In this document: positions 57,135 through 64,000 of the stretch, piece by piece | Position numbering within the stretch: position 1 is the first letter of the stretch | How the letters are laid out: every line of letters begins with the position of its first letter | From: a virus | Lineage: Duplodnaviria > Caudoviricetes | Length of the DNA stretch: 64,000 nucleotides | Direction: 5' to 3' (one strand) | IMG/VR virus record: IMGVR_UViG_3300021431_000084 | Program-made: the position numbers and the translations under genes | Notes under the pieces: model-generated | Database searches by the model: none | Seen by the model: only the letters and a program-made list of their open reading frames with translations | What the model was told of the DNA's origin: nothing

Positions 57135-57516
57135 TTGTTTTTCCTCTTTTCCTTTTCTTGATTATAGTATAGCACCAAGAGCAAGGAAATTGTATTGACA
57201 AATTGCACAAATTTTGGGAGAATTTTTTGTGCGGCCTGTCGATGAAGTTCCCCTTGACAAATTGCCTTGTATGTGGTAAAATTTTTGCGGTCGGGGACGA
57301 CTTTTATTGCCCCCTTTCTTTTATTCTTCTGTTGACTCGTTCCAGCTTTTAATTTCTTTAATAACAAGGTCAAGTGCTTGTACTTGCGAAGCGTGAAATG
57401 CTCTCATTTCTTCTAATTTTTCAAGCATTTCTTTGTTAGTCATTACTTTATCAACCATTTTATTTTCCTCTTTTCTTATTCTTACAAGTAAATTATAACA
57501 TACAAGAAAAGGGTTG

Positions 57517-57930
57517 TCAACCCTCTTCAAGAACTTTTTTCAGCTTTTTTTCAAATTTTGCGATTTTCTTCGGGTGTGTAATAATGTATTCAGCCGCCCA
57601 AGCTGTCGCTATTCTTTCATTGAACTTGTGGTAATAGTCAATTTTTACCTTTTTTTCAGTCTTGCATTTTTTGTTGGGGTGTACCATACAATGACCTACT
57701 TCATGAAGAATAGAAATTGTTATCTCGTGAGCCTTAACTTGCGGATAGCGATTTTTGAAATCTTCCATAAAATCTTTGCAATAGTAATTTTCTTCATTAC
57801 GAGGAATAGTTATCAAGTTTTCTGTATAGTATGCAAAAAAGCCATCTTCACCATCTTCTTCTTCTCTTGCGTATCTAACCTTAATACCGAGGTCTTTCAA
57901 GAACTTTTTTGTAATCTTCTTGAGTGTCAT
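57517..57930 (-). CDS. HExxH zincin-like protein, paralog of 55692
   Basis: LHEVGH...YY...NE..A..W. Confidence 0.7.
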   Translation of the reverse strand: MTLKKITKKFLKDLGIKVRYAREEEDGEDGFFAYYTENLITIPRNEENYYCKDFMEDFKNRYPQVKAHEITISILHEVGHCMVHPNKKCKTEKKVKIDYYHKFNERIATAWAAEYIITHPKKIAKFEKKLKKVLEEG

Positions 57931-58104
57931 TGTTTTGTCCTCTTTCCTCTTTTCTTGATTTAAGTATAACAGATACTAACATTAAATGCAAGTGCAGAAC
58001 GCACAAATTTTGGGAGAATTATTTGTGCAACTTTTTTGAAATTAGGTATTGACTTTTTTGGCTCGTGGGTGTAAAATTTTTCGAGCGGAGAGGGCAGTTG
58101 CCCC

Positions 58105-58350
58105 TCAACCCCTTTTTAATACTCTGATTTCAATGTCCTCATAACGTATCCAAAGAACTTCTGTATTTCTTTCAATTGCTCCATCTTCGTTGTCATTGAA
58201 ATTCCAAACCGCACGATAATCTTCATCATCTGCGTAATCGGAGGAAGAAATTGTCATAAATAACTTATCGTTCCAAAAGAAGAAAGTATTGTCAGGAAGT
58301 TCGCCAACCTTGTATCTATTTGACAGATTTTCAACAAATACTTTGCTCAT
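58105..58350 (-). CDS. small beta-rich paralog family
   Basis: start trimmed to MSKVF. Confidence 0.55.
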   Translation of the reverse strand: MSKVFVENLSNRYKVGELPDNTFFFWNDKLFMTISSSDYADDEDYRAVWNFNDNEDGAIERNTEVLWIRYEDIEIRVLKRG

Positions 58351-58537
58351 TTTTTGTACCTCACTTTTATTTTTATTTACAAGTAAATTATAACACCCGT
58401 GCGGACAGTCGTCCATGTACAGATTGCACGAAAAACAGGAACAGAATTTGTGCAGGCTGCCCGCAAATTTCCTCTTGACTTTTTGCTTCAGATGTGATAA
58501 AATTTTGCGGCCGGAGAGGGTTGTTACACCCCTCTCT

Positions 58538-58915
58538 TTAGGAACGAGGACAACTTAAAACAATTTTATACTTCTTGCCGTTCACAAAGAATGTGAAACT
58601 TGCTTGGTCGTTGATTATCTCAATGTTCTCGGCGTTGTGTTCTTCAACGACTGCCCGCAAGAAACTGTCAATCATTGCTTTTTGCTCGGGCTTTTCTTTT
58701 CTTCTACTCTTGGTTTCCTTACCCCAAGAGGACAAATTCGGCTTTCTTTCTGACCTTCTCGCCCCCTTGCTCACTTCCTTTTGGTCTTTAGACAAATCGC
58801 TTTCAACTTCCGCATTTGAGGTCATTTTGTCGATTTCCTTGTCCTCTTCCATTAAGGCTTTTGCTTCCTCAACTGTAATTCCAAGGCTATTTGCAACTCT
58901 TTCAAAATCACTCAT
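58538..58915 (-). CDS. hypothetical protein
   Basis: 125 aa ORF with RBS. Confidence 0.65.
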   Translation of the reverse strand: MSDFERVANSLGITVEEAKALMEEDKEIDKMTSNAEVESDLSKDQKEVSKGARRSERKPNLSSWGKETKSRRKEKPEQKAMIDSFLRAVVEEHNAENIEIINDQASFTFFVNGKKYKIVLSCPRS

Positions 58916-59426
58916 TTTGTCTACCTCTTTTTTCTTTTATTTTAACACAATTATTCGTCGTAGTCAAGACGCTTTTTGTGTTTCTTTTCAAGGTTTTCTT
59001 TGTGTTCCTTGAAAGTTTTTGTCTTGCGGACGTAGTAGGGTGTCCACAAAGGTCTTTCTTTTCTGTTCTTCTTCTTGTGAGCCATTACTAAAACCGCCTT
59101 TCTTATTTCTATTATTATTATACCATAAATTTTAGGGGGTGTCAATAGGAATTTTTTCAAAAAAGGTCGCTTTTGAAATACCCGTAGTTATCACGATACC
59201 ACCCAATGACTAACTTCATAACCAGCCACAAAGCACCGAGAAAGCAAAGACCGCACCCAAAAATGCAAATTGCATACGCACCCATGAAGCCAAAAGTGTT
59301 TTCCAAAAAGTTCCAAATTGTAACCATTAATTCCACCTCTTTCGTTTTTCTACAATTCTATTATACTACTTTTGGGGGGTTTTGTCAAGAGGAATTTTAG
59401 AAAAGGGGCATTTCTGCCCCCTTTCT

Positions 59427-59780
59427 TTAAGCCTTTGAGAAGTAAGCAACTCTCTTGATTTCCTTTCTTACTACAAGACCATCTCTCTTCATCGGAGTCA
59501 GAAGAGCCGAAACCTTGTGAGTAGAAGCAGTTTCAAGACCGGGAACTATTGCAATAAGGTCATTAATTCTGTAATCCTTACCGACTTCCATTGTGTCAAG
59601 AATTGCCTTTCTCAACTTTGCATTTTCCTTTACCTCGGGAGAAGGGGCTCTGTCAGCCTTTGCCTTCTTCTCAAGAGAAGTTTCGATAGCAACCAACTTC
59701 TCTCTTACATCATCGGGGAGAGAAATCTCGGGGTTGTCAAGAACGTATGTTACTGCCTTCAACTGTGTCATCTTTTCCAT
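59427..59780 (-). CDS. winged-helix DNA-binding protein, paralog 3
   Basis: close paralog of 50653 and 51694. Confidence 0.75.
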   Translation of the reverse strand: MEKMTQLKAVTYVLDNPEISLPDDVREKLVAIETSLEKKAKADRAPSPEVKENAKLRKAILDTMEVGKDYRINDLIAIVPGLETASTHKVSALLTPMKRDGLVVRKEIKRVAYFSKA

Positions 59781-60214
59781 TGTTTTTTACCTCACTTAAT
59801 TTTTATTGTAATTAGATTATAACAGATTTTGTAAGTCTTGTCAAGAGGTTTTTTATTTTTCTTGTCGACTTCTCGTTGACCTTTCTTACATTATTAGTAT
59901 AACATCATAAGGGTAATGAGTATACTGACAATTTGCACAAATTTGTGGCAAGATTTTTGTGCAATCTGTCAATTGACAGGCGAATTTTGGGACCGGGGTC
60001 AATTGTGCAACTTGCACAAAAAACTGGTGAAAAATTTGTGTAAATTACCTATTGACAAAAAACGGCCCGCAGCCAATCGCGCGCGGGCCGTCAATTATAC
60101 CACATAAAATTTTGCGTGTCAAGCACTTTTTTGCAAAAAATAAAAAAAATTTTTTGTCAAGTAGCAAATTGCACAAAGATTTTGTTCAACCTTTGTGCAA
60201 TCTGTCAATTGACT

Positions 60215-60445
60215 TTAGTCAACTTTTATAGTTACTCTATTAGAAGCAATAATCTTAACCGGAGTATCTAAGTCATAATCATCACACCAATAAAAGGAGT
60301 ACCCTTCTTCAAAATCAAAAACAAGTCCTTCTCTACTATCGTCTACAAATAGAAATAACTGACCATCAAAATCGAAATAATCACCTTCTTTAAGGTCAGA
60401 AAAAGTTGTATTTATGTTTTTTGAGTCGTAAATTACTTTAGCCAT
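60215..60445 (-). CDS. small beta-rich paralog family
   Basis: TFSDLKEGDYF...G.LF. Confidence 0.6.
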   Translation of the reverse strand: MAKVIYDSKNINTTFSDLKEGDYFDFDGQLFLFVDDSREGLVFDFEEGYSFYWCDDYDLDTPVKIIASNRVTIKVD

Positions 60446-60497
60446 TTTTAATACCTCACTTTTTTTTCTTTTATTATATCACGGTTTTTGTGGGGTG

Positions 60498-61187
60498 TCA
60501 ACCCCACAACTTGCCGTTCATAGCCTTATGCTTGCGGTAGCAATAAGCCATAATTTCCTTTTCGATGAGTACATCTTCAAGTCCTGTATGGCTTTCGTCG
60601 AAGTCATAATTACCGCTGATATACTTGTAAATGACTTCCGCCTTGAGCTGGGGCTTGCCGTTCTTGGTCATATAACCCTCACGCTCACAAAATGCCTTGT
60701 ATGTGGGTGTTGTGGCGATAACTTGTCGTGCCATCTTCATTGTATCATATATCTTTGTACCATAAGGATAGAAATATCTGTACGCACTCTTGGAAGTCCA
60801 ACGACTTGTTATATTAAGTGTACCGAGGTCAAATCTATGATTATGTGCATAAACCTCATTTACTCCGTAGGTTCTCATATCTTCACGGAAAATCTTGCAT
60901 ATTTCCGAAAAGGTTGCAACCTTGCGTGTGCCGTCGGCGATGTCCCTATAATATGAAGGCAACTTATTTGCATAGTATGCGGACTTCATAAGGTCATACT
61001 CACCAAAGAAAATATCCTCAACTACAAAAGACCTTGTAAGATATACCTTGCCATGCTTATCACATATAGCATAGCCTATGTCATAGGTAAACATATTTTC
61101 AGGCTCTACACCCTCAACAGTCTTATCTATGGGGCAAGCCTCTGTATCAATTACCATAACATAGTTAATTCTTTTGTCGATTTTCAT
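60498..61187 (-). CDS. DEDDh 3'-5' exonuclease, paralog of 52457
   Basis: IDTE, AHN..FD, SHTGLEDV, identical MAYCYRKHK-type tail. Confidence 0.85.
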   Translation of the reverse strand: MKIDKRINYVMVIDTEACPIDKTVEGVEPENMFTYDIGYAICDKHGKVYLTRSFVVEDIFFGEYDLMKSAYYANKLPSYYRDIADGTRKVATFSEICKIFREDMRTYGVNEVYAHNHRFDLGTLNITSRWTSKSAYRYFYPYGTKIYDTMKMARQVIATTPTYKAFCEREGYMTKNGKPQLKAEVIYKYISGNYDFDESHTGLEDVLIEKEIMAYCYRKHKAMNGKLWG

Positions 61188-61470
61188 TTTGTGTTCATCT
61201 CCTTAACTTTTATACTTAGATTATACGCTTGTTTTTTATCCTTTGCAATACCTTTTTATTATCGTTTACAATTTGTTCACATTTTAATAGGATTTATTTT
61301 GTAACACAATTGTAACAAAAACCTCTTGACAAAAACTGTTCAGATGTGGTATAATTTTTCGGGCGGGTGCGGCAGCTCAGTTAGATAGGTTCTCAGTTCC
61401 ATTATACCACATTTTAATTATTGTTGTCAATACTTTTTTGAAAAATTTTTTGTAAAAAAAAAGAAGTCCT

Positions 61471-61902
61471 TTATCGAAGGACTTCAAAGATTTTTGATGG
61501 TTCGTAGGCTTCGCCTGTCCAATTTATTCTATTTCTTTCTTCATCATCAAAAAGAACATCTGTTCTATTTGTGCAGTAGTTCTGTTTTGGTGTTCCGTAA
61601 GGTACAATAATGATTTCATCGAATGTTACGGAAGGCAAGTGCTTTTTGAGGTAATTTCTTTTTGAGGTTGTAACTTTTGCGTTGTATTCTTCCGTTGCGT
61701 TTTTTGCTAACCAAGAAATAATGCAAACCTTATTGCCGTTTCTTCTTGCTTTGTTCATAGCCCTTGCAAGTCTTGAAAAGTTTACAAGTGGCTTTGCTTC
61801 ATCGTAAGGTCTTGTTTTTTCGTTAATAAGGTCATCGAGCCAATTATCTACGCCGTAGAGGTCTACGAAAGTGCCATCCATGTCGAAGAAGTAAGTTTTC
61901 AT
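61471..61902 (-). CDS. HAD-superfamily 5'(3')-nucleotidase-like phosphatase
   Basis: FFDMDGT, K, LFDD motifs. Confidence 0.8.
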   Translation of the reverse strand: MKTYFFDMDGTFVDLYGVDNWLDDLINEKTRPYDEAKPLVNFSRLARAMNKARRNGNKVCIISWLAKNATEEYNAKVTTSKRNYLKKHLPSVTFDEIIIVPYGTPKQNYCTNRTDVLFDDEERNRINWTGEAYEPSKIFEVLR

Positions 61903-62083
61903 TTTTGTTTCTCCTTTTCCTTTTCTTGATTATAGTATAACACACCCACCGCAGATTACAATTGTGCAGATTGCACAAATTTTGGGATCGATTCATGTAA
62001 AATTTTGTGCAAATTATCTATTGACTTTTTTGCTCCATAGGTGTATAATTTTTGCAGTCGGAGATGGCAATTGCCCTAACTTT

Positions 62084-62308
62084 TCAATTAGGGCATTTTT
62101 GACTTTCTTTTGTCCAATACTTTGTAATGTTTCCATTTTCCGCCTTGACTTCTTGAATGATGTATTCTCCGAAGTAAAGTTTTGTTTCAAAAGTTTCGTT
62201 GTTGCGAAGTGCATTTGCAAGATTATTTGCGAGGTTTTCAATAGCTGTTGCATAGTTTTCGTATCTCGTAATGAGGTCATTTGTTTTGAGTGTGAATGTA
62301 GTTTTCAT
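62084..62308 (-). CDS. hypothetical protein
   Basis: 74 aa ORF with RBS and promoter. Confidence 0.55.
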   Translation of the reverse strand: MKTTFTLKTNDLITRYENYATAIENLANNLANALRNNETFETKLYFGEYIIQEVKAENGNITKYWTKESQKCPN

Positions 62309-62485
62309 TTTTGTTTACCTCTTTTCCTTTTCTTGATTATAGTATAACAAAACCACACCCAAACTACCACTGACACATTGTACAAAATTTCGGGATTAAA
62401 TTTGTACAATCTGACAATAAATTTGGGGTTGATTTTTTTGTTCTCGTATGATATAATTTTTCGCCCCGGAGGGCGAGGGCAAGGA

Positions 62486-62704
62486 TTACTCCTTGTCACT
62501 CATCCTCTTCAAAATCTCCATTGATGTTGCAGTATCAGTAAAAATTGAGATAGCCGCAAGAAAACCAGCTGTGTAAGCAGTTCTTTCTCTCTTGTTAGTG
62601 GTTATCCCGTCAAGAGTTGCAATCATCAGACTTTCAAGTGTTGCAATAGTCAAATTCTCAATGAGTTCATTTTCTGCTTCAACATTAACATTAGCTTCGT
62701 ACAT
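62486..62704 (-). CDS. hypothetical protein
   Basis: 72 aa ORF with RBS. Confidence 0.55.
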   Translation of the reverse strand: MYEANVNVEAENELIENLTIATLESLMIATLDGITTNKRERTAYTAGFLAAISIFTDTATSMEILKRMSDKE

Positions 62705-63355
62705 TTTTATTTACCTCACTTTTTTCTTTTATTATACTACTTTTGAAATGTGTTGTCAACCCTTTTTAGCCGAGATAGTAAAACTCGTAAATCGGCTTCA
62801 ATGCGTGGCGGTCATTGTGATACTGTTCACAAGCCCTAAAAAAACAAATTGTATTGATATTCTCGAAACCCCACTTGTTGATGATGGCGTCCTGCATTTC
62901 TCTAACTGAATTTACGATAGGCATTTTCATTTCCTCTTTTCTTATCTTTATGATTTAATTATACATACTTGACTTGACTAATACTATTGACAATTTGCAC
63001 AAAATTCGGGATCTGTTTTAGGTATAAATTTGTGCAAATTGACTATTGACTTTTTGCTCCATGTGTGGTAAAATCGTCGGTCGGAAACGACCTTTATTAT
63101 ACCAAAAGAAAAAGGGTTTGTCAACCCTCTTTTTCGATTATTGTTGCAGAACGAATTGTCCAACCACCATTTATTAAACTTGCAGTAACTTTGTTTAATC
63201 CCTCGATTGCTTCACAGTATTTGCGATTAAAACAACCTCTTGCTACTGTTTCTATTGTATTATTATACACAGCTTCAACCTTGTAATCATACTTCATTTT
63301 GTTTTTCCTCTTTTCTTATTTATTATGATTATAGTATAACAAATGGTATGTCCTT

Positions 63356-63598
63356 TTATTTGGACAATACCATTGCTACCGCCTTTTTAGCGTCAAGATA
63401 GCCGACACACTCATCACCGAAGCCGTAAGACTCAACCAAACCATCTTTGTGTCCCATAGTAATAGAATTAATAGCAAAGTCCCATCCTTCCGTGTTGTGT
63501 TCTACCTTCAAACCATCGTTGCAAGGTACAAGAGAAACATCATAACCCAAAGTATGAAGAGTAATAAAAATCATGTAAATCTGTGAGTAGTCAAACAT
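63356..63598 (-). CDS. hypothetical protein
   Basis: 80 aa ORF with GGAG RBS. Confidence 0.6.
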   Translation of the reverse strand: MFDYSQIYMIFITLHTLGYDVSLVPCNDGLKVEHNTEGWDFAINSITMGHKDGLVESYGFGDECVGYLDAKKAVAMVLSK

Positions 63599-64000
63599 TG
63601 TTTTGTTCTCCTTTTGTTTATCTTTAATGTACCTTTATTATAGCAAATAAATACTGACCTTTGGTTACAAACAGGTTACAGTTATGTTACAGAATTGTAA
63701 ACACACGACTAATTTTGTTAACAATTTGTTCACACTTTTGTAACAAAAACCCCTTAACTTTTTTGCTTAGGTGTAGTATAATTTTTCGGTCGGAAACGAT
63801 CTCTACCAAGATCGTTTGATTAGCATTAACTAACTCATGAGAAAAGCATCTCACTTCATTGTACCAAAAGAATGAATACTTGTCAATAGCAAACATTTGT
63901 TCGTTGTTTGTACTATTGTCTTTGAGTAGTGCGTGCGGCAAGGCTAACCCTCTTCAGTATCGCATCTGTCTGTGATCCTGTATCGAGTCGACCTTGCCGC

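Larger units (their letters stand above)
51280..63800. repeat. dispersed regulatory cassette: TTG(C/T)ACAAA-Nn-TTTGTGCAA palindrome plus plus-strand promoter plus TTTTCGGNCGGA
   Basis: at least 12 diverged copies (~51340, 52305, 53200, 54465, 55255, 57200, 57995, 58420, 59930, 61300, 61965, 62375, 62990, 63740). Confidence 0.8.

Overview
AT-rich segment of a large tailed phage, probably infecting a Clostridia/Lachnospiraceae-like host (inferred from GGAGG RBSs, sigmaA promoters and A34 tRNAs). Almost everything is on the minus strand. Layout: (1) 1-2.9 kb and 9-20 kb, modular tail/receptor-binding genes, interrupted by small accessory genes and a tRNA pair at 3-9 kb. (2) 20.2-32.3 kb, an RNA island: 31 tRNAs (32 with the tRNA-Cys at 6.8 kb) covering all 20 amino acids, interleaved with many structured non-tRNA RNAs, a DUF2828/TROVE(Ro60)-like vWA gene, a YkuK RNase H-like gene, a metallophosphoesterase, a degenerate RNA-ligase-like ORF and two HNH genes. 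(3) 32-47 kb, sigma factor, M28 peptidase and many small genes, each with its own promoter. (4) 47-49 kb, the only plus-strand block, an iteron-flanked winged-helix initiator-like gene (candidate origin). (5) 50-64 kb, small genes separated by repeated divergent-promoter/palindrome cassettes. The best candidate for a new system is the Ro60-like protein plus a family of five Y-RNA-like RNAs. They share a covarying TGAC..NGCAAA / GTCATT handle but carry different cargo: a permuted tRNA elbow, a near-complete tRNA-Ser body, or anticodon-like hairpins. A second family of three tRNA-scaffold RNAs has a TGCAAAT T-loop and long variable inserts. All calls were made by eye and no database searches were run.
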